Origin: Tubiluchus corallicola
Taxonomy: Eukaryota; Animalia; Priapulida
Length of the DNA: 64,000 nt
Assembly: GCA_030141605.1 (NCBI GenBank)
Contig: JAQGDQ010000946.1
Span: 1-64,000 of the forward strand
Reading direction: 5' to 3'
This document shows positions 28,901 through 41,095 of the stretch, piece by piece. A program made the translations under genes and the position numbers. Position 1 is the first letter of the stretch. The number at the start of each line of letters is the position of its first letter. The notes beneath the pieces are model-generated. The model searched no databases. It was not told the origin of the DNA and saw only the letters and a list, made by a program, of their open reading frames with translations.

Positions 28901-31900
28901 ACTGAACACTGAGAGTTAGACAGTGACTAGAAAGTAAATCCAGTCAGTATATATAGGTATAGGTGATTATGCAAATTTGGCTTCACAAAAACCATTACTG
29001 TAAAATAGGGAGAGATATTCACTGGACCGTACAATTATACTGGGGGTGAGTTTAGCTAGTAAAATGTAAAAGGATTAGTTCATAGATGGCAGCACCTAAA
29101 AATGTACAATTACAACTTCCACATAAATGGCCATTTCTTATTGAACACCAATAATGAATATTAGTTTTATTTATGCACATCCACACACATCCACACACAC
29201 ATACATGCACTCATGCATGCATGCATGCGCACACCCACACAAATGAGCATATACTTATATTTAGAAGCCAATTTACACGAAAGTCCATATTACTAGTCCA
29301 TAATACGCAATTATTTTATAAGAATGCAGACCAAGCGACTAAACACACATTTCACCAACTATCAACAAGCAATTTTGCATGAGAACATACTATACAGTAC
29401 AGTATTGTGGAATGCACCTGGCTTCAGATGCTGGTTGGCTGGTCAGCGTTACTTGTTGCGAAGCAACCCCAATCCCACGGCTGTTAAACTTTTCTACAAT
29501 GTTTCTGCATAGCCATAGCAGTGAAATAAACAAACCTGGGTAACCGAGCTTACTGCTGAGCTTGGGTGACAGTCTGCCGCCTTCCGTCGCTTAACAAGAA
29601 AAATATAGGTGGCAGTGTGCCGGCTTCCATAGTGAAAAGGTTAAAAGTAAATTTACAGTAGGCTGATAATCAGTGTTCTACCTAGTTAGTTAATTAGTTA
29701 GTTAGTTAGTTAGTTTTAGTTAAAGTTAACTAGTTGCTTTTTTCACAGTGAACTTGAGGAAGCTTTGCTGGTGCTGCCATTCGATTACGTGTCGGATTTG
29801 ATTAAACTGTTTGACGTTTTCTTCCGTAATGGATGGGATGCGGAACTTTGTTCCAGGTGTCTTTTCTTCATGCTCAGGTTTGTTCCGTTTACTCTGCAGA
29901 CTTGAAGATATTTTTCTCTTATTACAGTTAAAAACACCATATAACTTATCCTCTATTCCTAGAACAGGTTGTCTTAGCTTTGATGATAGGGCATTTGCTA
30001 TTTCTGCGCCAGTATACATGCGTGTTGTTAGTGTTATCAACTTTATCCCTTTTGCAAAGTTGCCCTTTTGTTTTCAACTTCTTCGTTTTTCCGTTGCACT
30101 CATCTTCCTAGTTATAACCTCGTTGCTTTGCGAGTTGCAATAAAGTTGTTAAATTTATTCTTTTCGTCTTGGTGTTGGAGACAAAGCTCTTACATTCTTC
30201 AATTAAACTGCTGACGCAAAGCCATTGTTCTGACGTCATCCATTACACTCTGTCTATAAGCTTATAGAATTAATTCAGTAAAAGCTGCTGCTGCTGGCTT
30301 TGCGTTAGATAAACAAACAAACACTAGGTATAATGTTCGCGTGTTTTTGATTGTACGTGTATTTATAAGCAAAATTTTTTGCGGGGCCTTTTCTAGTTCT
30401 TTAATTAATTTCACGATGATCCATGTGTATTGTAAGCTATAAGTTGCTCGTGCATTTGCGTTACGTTACGGACACTTACATAGGATGATATTCTTTTGTT
30501 AAAAAGTTTTTCTTTATAAAGTTATGGTGTTTGTGTCTTTCCAGGGTGCATCATGCTCAGGTTACAGCCAATCAGTCGTTATTGCCGATTGTTGATTCTC
30601 TAAGGCAAAATGTATTGGTGAAATTGACTGAGTTTAAGGTATGTGAGAGTACTGGATTATTTTACAGGCTCCAGCCTAGTTTGCCTTAAGCTTTGAAAAA
30701 CTGTTTTTTTTTCAATGCAGTGTGTTGAAATGTGGGCTAATTTGGTTTACAATAAATAGTAAATGAGTGAAATTTCTTAAAGGAAAACCGGATGATTGTG
30801 TAAACATTAGTTCAGAATAACGAATGCTCTAAAATATTGAAAACTACCAAAGCTTTTTTTAAATCAAAGCTTAGAATAAATAATAATTTCCTCGGACACC
30901 TAGCGTTAAACTTTCAAAGCTAAATTCAAACTCAGTGAATCTACTAAGATTGGCAGCGGTGCCTTTTTGTCACATTCGCTTGGCTGACAAATAGAAGGCG
31001 GTACCGTGATAAGCAGGATCATGAATTGCCGTGTTAGTTTCTGACGTCATATAATGTAGAGCCCATTTTTGTGATATCATGCTTTTAAACAGTACCGTAA
31101 CACTTATGCAAATGTGCTTGATGCGCAATGAAAGACGCCTGCCATTGCACAAACTGTGGTTAGTTTCTGACGTAAGCAATAGTTGTATTCGGTTGCTGTT
31201 AATTAACTTTCTAAGCTAATTATTCAAATATAAGGAAAAACTGTTAATTTTTGTAGGCAAGAAAATGTATATTTTGGACAGTAAATTAAAATGAGATTGT
31301 GTCAAACAATCGTCCGGTCTTCCTTTAATGAGTATTTTTATTCACAAATAAAAGAAAGCTATTCTAGTTTATTTTAGGAATTTGGAATAAATTTACTTCA
31401 TACTGTGCAAATATTGCTAAGATATATCACAAGTAAAGATATTCAAGATTTGTGCGAGTAGCTCCATCTGAGGGGCTTATAATTTCATTAGCCTAAGTTC
31501 CACAAAAGGTCATAATCCAGCCCTGTTCAATGTTATTAGTAAACCTGTCTTTTAAGCAATCCATCAGTCCAAGCACTTGCAGTATGTGTTGTTGTTTTTA
31601 GTACTGTGTTATAGTAGGGAGCAAGGGATAAAATCAGGAATAGTAATATTAGAGGAACAGTGAAAGTAGTGGAAGCCTCGAAAAAGATACAAGAGGCAAG
31701 ATTGCGATGGTATGGGCACCTGAAAAGGAGAGTCGGGGAAGATGACGTGGGAAGGGAGGTCATGGAAATGGAAGTGCTGGGAAATAGAAGAATAGGACGA
31801 CCCAAGCTGAGATGGTTTGAATGTATTAACGGAGACCTTAGAGAGAAGAACATAAATGAAGAGAGGGTCAACAACAGGAATATGTGGAGGAGACTTATTC

Positions 31901-34016
31901 ACAACGGCGACCCCGCATAGGGAAAAGCTGTGAAGAAGAAGAAGAAGTTATAGTAGGGAGCACTTCTGTATTTCTGTGGTTCGGTAATAAACAGAGTTGG
32001 CAGTTTGCATAACAAATTTTTAAGGAGGCATTCTTTTAGCCTGAGAGTGATTGTGATGATGCCCGGGGATTGGGAACTTCGTAATCTTTGCAGCGCTTCT
32101 TAGTGAATATTATTAAAGCATTTTTGGAAGTAATCAGTCGTAATTGAAAAGTCCACGGATGCTTTATTATGATTAGCTCGATGGTTTTCATGATTGGGGT
32201 CAAAGCTTTTTCTACTTGGACTGTCGTTGAGGAATTGCTATTCAATAAGCCTTTTCACAGTTCCAGCGATTGATGTTGATCCTGAAAAGGTCAAAGGTTA
32301 AGTGTACCAGACAACGCATTTGTGCACACTTGAGAACTCCTCACAGCCCATGCTATTGTAATAGTAACAGTTTTAACAGCAAGCTAAATCCTTACCTAGT
32401 TCATTTGTGTACACTTGAGAACTCCTCACAGCCCACACTATTGTAATAGTAACGGTTTTAACAGCTAGCCTGATCCTTGCCTTGTTCATTTTTTCTTGTT
32501 CTCAAGCAAGATCCTGCTAGTAAATCGCTTTATGCATAGACTGAAGCATGACTAAGTAAACTTCATTTAAAGCAACTAAAGTTACTGAAGTGATGTGGCA
32601 GACGGCTTTGCTTTACTCACATGTCTGGTGATGGTTGTATTTAACACGCTGCGATGGTACACCTAACCTTTGACTTACAGCAACTGCACATGTGCACAAC
32701 GAAACTGTGAGAAGGCTTGTTGTGGGCTGAAATGTTAAAATGTGCTAAAACTCTGAATTAAATTACTTTAAAAAAATTATTTAAATAATAATTGTGTTTG
32801 ATTATTGGAATTTGTGCTGTCCTTGATTCATTTGTCTTGTGGCCTCGTAAATGTAATTGTGAACATTTGACGTTTATTTCTTTTTGTTTTGAAAACTGTT
32901 GAAACAATTAAAACACTTGTGAACGAAACATCTAGATCATTCATTCAAACTCGTCTAAGATCAATCACATTATTAAATGAACATTATGAAGCTGATCATA
33001 GTCCATTAAAATGTGCAATAAGGCAGTTCTTTCCTTTGTGGATGCCTTGCATAATTCAAAAAAAAAATAGTAAACCAAGTATAATTCGATTGCATAATAG
33101 CAAATAATGATGATTTTTGAAAATGCCTTGAAACCAGATTTGACTGCTGCCATGCCAGTGGCTTCCAGTTTCAGTTTTAAATTTAAAATTACTGTACAGT
33201 CTAACCTCGTTATCTCGCCCCTCGTTATGCCGCCAAACTCATCTCGCGCCATAGAAAGTACCTGGAATTTACCTCGTTAAGTCGCCACCCTCGCTTCTCG
33301 CCCTCGCCACGTCATGCTATTATGAGTGCTTATATAAACTATATTCATTATGTCGCCAAACAGACAAACTCAGAGGTGAATCGATCAATACATATACCGC
33401 GTGTCGATCAATATAACTGCGGTATGTAGACAATGCTGCTGTACTCGATAGACAGACATAATTAATCTAGTGTGTGTCTCACCAGGATTAGATTAGGAGT
33501 GCTGTGGTTGGTTAATGCGCAGAGAAACTAAAGCGTCACCGATATCCTAACTCTATAACACCAAAACTGCGTTTAAGTTTGAGTTTCCACAAAGTGTGAG
33601 CAACTTTACATGTCTCTGAATGTATTATGTCTACATGATGTCTCAACTATTATGTATATACATATAGACTAACTTCGTTATATTCCCGTTATCTCGCCAT
33701 ACTCGCCTCTCGCCAAAAATTTGCCCTAGACAGACAGTGGCGAGATAACGAGACTAGATGGTATATTGAATTGGATTTTTATATTTGCCTACATTTTGAA
33801 ATTATTGCTTTGTGCACTAGAGCTCCCATGCACACTGTATAGTAACCTGTTTGTTTCTTACAGGATACTATAGGGTTTAACTTGGCAGGGCTGTCATTTC
33901 TACAACAGATGTATGAGGAAAGAGAACAAGTGACGTTCTTTGCTGATGCCACCCAGAAAAGACAGGAAAGAAAGAAAAAATTAAAGAAAAGTGAACGGGT
34001 GATACTTACATTGTAG
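1971..34016 (+). CDS. WDR3: WD repeat-containing protein 3 (UTP12/DIP2, SSU processome UTP-B subunit), 5'-partial, 21 exons in window
   Basis: Exons read by eye, all AG/GT-bounded and phase-compatible: 1971-2180, 3435-3553, 4324-4402, 4922-5122, 6985-7086, 8758-8855, 11327-11477, 12422-12609, 13438-13531, 14515-14616, 16271-16356, 16471-16612, 17867-18024, 19772-19883, 21758-21943, 24122-24190, 26828-26920, 27812-27909, 29749-29877, 30545-30638, 33864-34016 (TAG). Total 2664 nt = 887 aa + stop. Recognisable WDR3 motifs: [81 protein letters not shown]. The start exon lies upstream of the window. Confidence 0.95.
2301..2830 (-). mobile_element. Dispersed repeat, partial inverted copy of the element at 12700-13374
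   Basis: GCACAAGAAAACCCTCCA...AATTCGTCTTGAAATTTTA matches the reverse complement of about 13315-13372. Boundaries approximate. Confidence 0.6.
3665..4075. mobile_element. TA-flanked MITE family A (pogo/Tigger-like)
   Basis: Degenerate TIRs (GTATCTCGCTTTGCGGGAC / GTCCGGCAAACCCTGATATG). Body homologous to 6318-6849 and 24269-24687. Confidence 0.7.
4440..4833. mobile_element. piggyBac-like MITE fragment (one end)
   Basis: Ends GTGAAAGGG|TTAA; homologous to about 29330-29640 (shared [11 protein letters not shown] translation in the ORF track). Left boundary approximate. Confidence 0.6.
5388..6849. mobile_element. Nested MITEs: family B (5396-6315) inserted in the left TIR of family A
   Basis: Outer element TA|CACTCATA...TCTCGGTTTACCAGAC to GTCCGGCAAACCGAGAGATGAGTG|TA. 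Inner element TA|CAGTAGGTGCCTCCTTAATAGAATC...GATTCTATTAAGCAGCGCCTGCTG|TA, with an internal ~94-bp triplication. Confidence 0.8.
7650..7952 (+). mobile_element. tRNA-derived SINE with (ATT)n tail
   Basis: A-box TAGTCTAGTGG 7660-7670, B-box GAGTTCGAACC 7702-7712, non-tRNA body, AATAAA, then (ATT)n 7902-7952. Confidence 0.8.
8359..8661 (+). mobile_element. Non-autonomous retroelement fragment, probably RTE-related
   Basis: GC-rich body ending TCCATTGTCTTCCGAGACAGAAGGATGCC plus a (CAA)-like tail. Degenerate TSD ATTCTGTGTAACC 8346-8358 / ATTCTGCATAACC 8662-8674. Second copy inverted at about 38199-38407. Confidence 0.65.
8978..9517. mobile_element. Kolobok-like MITE (TTAA target, AGG...CCT ends)
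   Basis: TTAA|AGGAAAACCGGACGATTGT...ACAATCATCCGAGTTTCCT|TTAT; homologous to 24720-25235 and 30781-31324. Confidence 0.75.
10592..11209. mobile_element. Tigger/pogo-like MITE
   Basis: TA|CATTGTTCCCT...AGGGAACACTG|TA termini. Confidence 0.65.
12700..13374. mobile_element. TTAA-flanked (Kolobok-like) non-autonomous element
   Basis: TTAAGGGACAAAAAA...TTTTCTTGTGCTTTAA; related copy at about 2301-2830. Confidence 0.55.
13741..14261. mobile_element. MITE family C (AGCCTTTTCA TIR; PIF/Harbinger-like)
   Basis: AGCCTTTTCA...ATCGCTGGAACTGTGAAAAGGCT termini shared with 18320-18690 and 32248-32717. Confidence 0.6.
15751..16241. repeat. Local intronic inverted repeat (~185-bp arms) around a 27-29-bp GTTTAAAC-containing tandem repeat; mirror at 62122-62612
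   Basis: ATAAAGAGGCCCCAGGAAGAAGAAAC... at 15751 is the reverse complement of ...GTTTCTTCTTCCTGAGGCCTCTTTAT ending at 16241. Confidence 0.92.
17117..17645. repeat. 49-bp minisatellite, ~11 units; mirror at about 60721-61249
   Basis: Unit AATAAGTTGCAAGCCATTTGTAATGCAACTTACTTTTAATGTAAATAGT with an internal AAGTTGCA/TGCAACTT inverted repeat. Confidence 0.93.
18320..18690. mobile_element. MITE family C copy
   Basis: AGCCTTTTCGCAGTTTCGTT...ATCGCTGGAACTGTGA; inverted homologue of 32248-32717. Confidence 0.65.
19041..19159 (-). pseudogene. 5S rRNA pseudogene / 5S-derived (SINE3-like) head
   Basis: Reverse complement reads ATCTACGGCCAAATCACGTTGAAAACACCAGTTCCGTCTGATCACCGAAGTTAAGCAACGT...TTAGTACTTTGATGAGTGACCGCCTAGGAATACCAGGTGCTGTAGACTT. 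Full 5S length, many transitions, no oligo-T terminator directly after. Confidence 0.85.
19995..20585. repeat. Dispersed repeat homologous to about 35351-35925
   Basis: Shared blocks AAAGTAGAATG, ATAGCCTGCACCTCAACTTCAACGTGGATTAT and TTGGTATCAAAATGATCCTCA. Confidence 0.75.
21391..21506. repeat. (TTG)n/(GGT)n compound microsatellite, possibly the tail of a CR1/L2-type 3' fragment
   Basis: Trinucleotide runs. The mirror copy at about 56865-56968 is about 12 bp shorter. Upstream GACTAGATGACC stem-loop-like motif at about 21288. Confidence 0.85.
22012..23107. mobile_element. MITE family B (pogo/Tigger-like); mirror at 55264-56359
   Basis: TA|CAGTAGGCATCG...GAGTCTATTAAACGGCGTCTAGCG|TA; homologous to 5396-6315. 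Confidence 0.7.
24269..24687. mobile_element. MITE family A copy
   Basis: CACTCACATCTCGGTTTGCCAGAC...GTCCGGCAAACCGAGATATG TIRs. Confidence 0.75.
24720..25235. mobile_element. Kolobok-like MITE, one end truncated
   Basis: TTAA|AGGTAGACCGGACGATTGTTTAGACTC, collinear with 8978-9517. Confidence 0.7.
25656..26073. mobile_element. hAT-like MITE with TTCGAA-rich subtermini; mirror at 52299-52716
   Basis: Perfect 13-bp TIR TAGGGGTGAGCAT / ATGCTCACCCCTA; repeated GAATTCGAATCGAAC motifs. Confidence 0.75.
26348..26671. mobile_element. piggyBac-like MITE; mirror at about 51706-52027
   Basis: TTAA|CACTTTCAGTCCC...GGGTATGAAAGGG|TTAA. The mirror copy has the canonical CCC terminus at both ends. Confidence 0.75.
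30781..31324. mobile_element. Kolobok-like MITE, complete; mirror at 47069-47612
   Basis: TTAA|AGGAAAACCGGATGATTGT...ACAATCGTCCGGTCTTCCT|TTAA. Confidence 0.82.
31624..31946 (+). mobile_element. 5'-truncated RTE-clade LINE (C-terminal ORF end)
   Basis: Encodes RDKIRN...[11 protein letters not shown]...GRPKLRW...[12 protein letters not shown], followed by a (GAA)n tail. Perfect 16-bp TSD GTTATAGTAGGGAGCA at 31608-31623 and 31947-31962. Confidence 0.92.
32248..32717. mobile_element. MITE family C copy with internal ~80-bp duplication
   Basis: AGCCTTTTCACAGTT...AACTGTGAGAAGGCT TIRs. Confidence 0.7.
33197..33761. mobile_element. Tigger/pogo-like MITE; mirror at 44632-45196
   Basis: TA|CAGTCTAACCTCGTTATCTCGCC...GGCGAGATAACGAGACTAGATGG|TA. 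Confidence 0.78.
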
Positions 34017-34354
34017 CAACAATACGTCTGTGGGATACATTGTAGCAACAATACGTCTGTGAGATACATTGTAGCAACAATACGTCTGTGGGATACATTG
34101 TAGCAACAATACGTCTGTGAGATACATTGTAGCAACAATACGTCTGTGAGATACATTGTAGCAACAATACGTCTGTGAGATACATTGTAGCAACAATACG
34201 TCTGTGGGATACATTGTAGCGACAATACGTCTGTGAGATACATTGTAGCAACAATACGTCTGTGAGATACATTGTAGCAACAATACGTCTGTGAGATACA
34301 TTGTAGCGACAATACGTCTGTGAGATACATTGTAGCAACAATACGTCTGTGAGA
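34007..34354 (+). repeat. 29-bp tandem repeat x12 starting in the last WDR3 codons
   Basis: Unit TACATTGTAGCAACAATACGTCTGTG(A/G)GA; 348 bp = 12 units. Unit 1 contains ACA TTG TAG of WDR3. Confidence 0.95.
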
Positions 34355-34508
34355 ATTTTCTGTGAATTTCACTTTATTACCAAGTTTAAACACTTAACAA
34401 GAGGATGAAGATAGTGAATTTTGTACAATTGTTGTAAATAATCAGACAGTCTAGATATAGATTATTAATTTTGAATAGTTTATTTTTGATGATAAAACTA
34501 TGATACTG

Positions 34509-34518
34509 AATAAATAAA
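34509..34518 (+). promoter_or_regulatory. Candidate WDR3 polyadenylation signal (overlapping AATAAA x2)
   Basis: First AATAAA hexamers downstream of the stop codon and the 29-bp array. Confidence 0.5.
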
Positions 34519-34540
34519 AACAACCAAATATCTTTAAGCT

Positions 34541-35348
34541 GAAATACATGTTTTATCTCACAAAATACGTGTTTTATCTCAGAAAATACGTGTTTTATTT
34601 CACAAAATGTGTTTTATCTCATGAAATACGTGTTTTATCTCACGAAATACGTGTTTTATCTCACAAAATACGTGCTTTATCTCATGAAATACGTGCTTTA
34701 TTTCACAAAATACCTGTTTTATCTCACAAAATACGTGCTTTATCTCACAAAATACGTGCTTTATCTCATGAAATACGTGCTTTATTTCACAAAATACGTG
34801 TTTTATCTCACAAAATACGTGTTTTATCTCACAAAATACGTGCTTTATCTCATGAAATACGTGCTTTATTTCACAAAATACGTGTTTTATCTCACAAAAT
34901 ACGTGCTTTATTTCACAAAATACGTGTTTTATCTCACAAAATACGTGCTTTATCTCACAAAATACGTGCTTTATCTCATGAAATACGTGCTTTATTTCAC
35001 AAAATACGTGTTTTATCTCACAAAATACGTGCTTTATCTCATGAAATAGGTGCTTTATTTCACAAAATACGTGTTTTATCTCACAAAATACGTGTTTTAT
35101 CTCACAAAATACGTGCTTTATTTCACAAAATACGTGCTTTATTTCACAAAATACGTGTTTTATCTCACAAAATACGTGCTTTATCTCACAAAATACGTGC
35201 TTTATCTCATGAAATACGTGCTTTATTTCACAAAATACGTGTTTTATCTCACAAAATACGTGCTTTATCTCACAAAATACGTGCTTTATTTCACAAAATA
35301 CGTGCTTTATTTCACAAAATACTTGTTTTATCTCACGAAATACGTGCT
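34541..35348. repeat. 21-bp minisatellite, ~38 units
   Basis: Unit TACGTG(C/T)TTTAT(C/T)TCA(CA/TG)AAA with recurring variant order. Confidence 0.95.
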
Positions 35349-36354
35349 GTTTGAAAGTAGAATGCTCCAAAAATTGGGTCAAATGTCAATTTTTTGTTTT
35401 TTATAAAAATAAATGGTAAAAATATTGTACTTTTATATTCTAGTTTCAAATTATCAAGAAAATGTTCAAGAAATACTAAAAATCTAATTTTATAACCCTG
35501 TAACTCTGGCTAGAAACTAGTACTACTATTCTGAGTACTACAAACTCTGATAGTAACTCTTGGAAGTTGTCATTTTGCTTCGGGTTTTTTATGCTGCTGA
35601 GCCGAGATTTTCGTTAGAAAGATTTATCTACTGAATTTATTATTAATATGTTCTTGTAAAGTCCACAGCAACCAATATTTGTGCGGTTGCTAAGTGTTTT
35701 CCACAAAAAACAATATCTAACTTTAACAGTGATTTTCTTGAGGTTAAGTTTCTCAGTTTATAGCCTGCACCTCAACTTCAACGTGGATTATTTCAGCTTA
35801 GAAATAACATAGAGCAATGAGCTTGGTATCAAAATGATCCTCACGAAATGGAGATTCGGAATATGGGAATAACTAGAAAAGTATAATTGCTGACTTATGG
35901 ACGATTTTGCTACGCGAGCACACATTTAAATATATAAGATTCTCCTACTTTGCAATATCAATGAACGTTTATTCATGCAAAAGCAATAACTAAGCTCAAA
36001 AATTTGAAAGTGTAAAATGTCACTTATAAAACAACTGATTTAACATACTCGCAAGTCATTCTTGTGACACAGCGGTGCACAGGAAGAGCAACCGATGCCT
36101 CGTTAGATACAACGACAAGTCGCTCGTCCTGCCGCCCGTCTGCTCCTGTCTGTCGGTACATGTGCAGATTCGTGATGACGCTGTTTGTTCCCCTCGATTT
36201 CTCCAGAACTTGTAGTTCTTCGATTATGACCGGCTCAATTTGACCGTTCGAATGCCGAATATGAATTAATAACTTGAAAAGCTTAATTACCGACTTATGG
36301 ACGATTTCGATATGCAAGCAGACATATAATGTACGCGGTCTAAGTGTAGTTATG

Positions 36355-38806
<2,452 letters not shown>

Positions 38807-39245
38807 ATTAATTAATCTCTATTCATTGAGAAAAAGTGGCACAGAGTTCACATCATTTACATAAGAGGTACACACTACGCGCACCGCGGCATCTACTGAC
38901 TAAATGACTCGTTTTCTGAGCAAAAAGTTTCAAGACTCGAACGTGATTAGTTGCAACTAATCAGGCCTTGGGCATAATGGACATTGACGAAGCATGAAAC
39001 ACTTCCTGTATAATTACAACTAGAAAATGTCTGAAGACTAGTTGAGCCAGTACCGGAATGTTGCGCAATTATTAAACTGGTTTTAATAAAGTAATTATAA
39101 CAACCAGCATAGCTTACTGCATATTGGGTGGAATAAAAACAATCATAGCAGATGTCTGTACATTCGCATGAACTTAGATTACAAGTCAAGTTTATCGATT
39201 CGAATCAGAGGCTTATTTGTTTTTTTCTTGTACAACCAGTGGCGT

Positions 39246-39583
39246 AAGTAAGTAAGTAAGTAAGTTTATTAGTTTATCACCATTTTTAAAGTAGCAAAAT
39301 ACATAACTAAGAGATTTATAAATCTATACAACATACAATATTATTACAAAGTGCAAAAGTAATTATTGATTAGTGGTGAAAGGGTGGGGCGAAAGAACTA
39401 TAAGTTATCGAGGTCAGCCACCCCTCTCAGGATTGTTACTAATATAATTAATTAGTTAATGCGCATGTACCAGGTAATTAAAAATTAACAGATTTTGCAT
39501 TTAAGACGAATGAAAATTGAATTATTATACGAATGTGTTAGTTTATAATAAAATAATGTTCAATAATGGGAAAGAAGAGACAC
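39246..39583 (-). mobile_element. Non-LTR retroelement 3' fragment with (TTAC)n tail, inserted in a CAGTGGCGTAGC-type (hAT-like) terminus
   Basis: The - strand ends AATAAAC(TTAC)n. GCGTA occurs on both sides (39242-39246 and 39584-39588), and removing the insert restores CAGTGGCGTAGCAAG...GCCCGGGG. Confidence 0.5.
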
Positions 39584-39919
39584 GCGTAGCAAGATGAGTC
39601 GCCCGGGGGGGGGGGGCAAAAAACAAATTGTGCTCGTTTTTGCGTCCCTGAGCCCGACTCCTTTTTCGACCTAATAGGATAAAGGTAAACGATTTTTTCT
39701 TACAATCACACTGAGTTTCATTTGCAGTACTACACTAGAATATCTCTTTTCTATGTATTGGTTGCTCGTAACACGACAGTCCTTAAATTTAGCTCCAGCA
39801 TTAAAACATACAAAGATATGGAAGATACAGAATGTTACGGGTTTTCACAATAGTACGATCGGCATTTATCCCAAAATGTTTCTCCCAAAATTATCGATTT
39901 GCTAAACCACACGACGCCC

Positions 39920-40464
39920 TACGGTGCCCGGTAAGTTTGGTACTAACAAGTTTGGCACAGGTAAGTTGGGGTACTGGTAATTTTGGTACGAGGAAATTTT
40001 TGTACATTGAAAATTTGGTATTAGGAATTTTTGCTACGCGGTAATTTTGGTACTGGAAAGATATGGTACAGAGAGAATATGGTACTGGTAGATATGGTAC
40101 AAACGAAGTTTTGTCAGGCATTTTTAGTACAAGTAAATATGATACAAGGTAAAAATGGTTCGGAAGAAATTTGGTACTGGGAAAGTTTAGTACTCGGAGA
40201 GTTTGGTACTAGGAAAATTCTGAACAGAGAAAGTTTGGTACTATAAGGTACAAGGTAAAATGGTACGGAACAAATTTGGTACTAGGAAAGTTTAGTACTG
40301 GGAAAGTTTGGTACTAGGAAAATTCTGTGCAGAGAAAATTTGGTACAAGGAAAGTTTGGTACTATAAGGTACAAGGTGAAAATGGAACGGAACAAGTTTG
40401 GTACTAGAAAAGTTTAGTACTCGGAGAGTTGGTACTAGGAAAATTCATAGCAGAGAAAGTTTGG
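39920..40464 (+). repeat. Degenerate TTTGGTACT-rich tandem repeat with ~105-120-bp higher-order units, truncated at the palindrome junction
   Basis: TACAAGGT(A/G)AAA...TTTGGTACT blocks start at about 40143, 40249 and 40370. The third is cut after GAGAAAGTTTGG. Confidence 0.85.
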
Positions 40465-40610
40465 AAAAATATTTTAATATGGTGTTTGTAAATATGTTCA
40501 TTTATTGTATATAATTAGGCCTTAGTTTTGCATTTTAATTTTCTTTAGTATGCACTTGACGCATTTGTCTTGAGACAGTGTCTGTCTGTCTGTCTGTCTC
40601 TTTGTCTGAT

Positions 40611-40666
<56 letters not shown>

Positions 40667-40672
40667 CTCTCT

Positions 40673-40773
<101 letters not shown>

Positions 40774-41095
40774 GGCTGCGCACCGTTTGCCATACAACTT
40801 ACAACACGATCCACAATGGTCGCACATTCTTTTTGATTGCGAATATAAATACCATTAATGGTTATGCCAAAGTTATTTCTTGCACTGTGATTTCACTTGT
40901 TGCAAATTCTCTTTCACCATACAATCAACGGCTACAGAAAAACTTTGCATTTTTGCTAATTTTCCATATCAAATTTAGGAGTCTTTTTTCAAAAATGAAC
41001 GTGTGTATTCAGATCTTAAAAATTAAAGACTCCCTACAGTCAATCACATCTATACACTCTACAATGTCTTTTTAACACTATTCTTTCTTTCACAG

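Noticed and set aside
34007-35348. CRISPR-like arrays (29-bp and 21-bp repeats; also the 49-bp hairpin repeat at 17117)
   Set aside because: Units are head-to-tail with no unique spacers, there are no cas genes, and the context is a eukaryotic intron/UTR.
33779-35406. Long repetitive ORFs ([10 protein letters not shown]..., HKIRALS..., EIKHVFC...) and their mirrors
   Set aside because: By-products of stop-free tandem units, open in several frames and on both strands.
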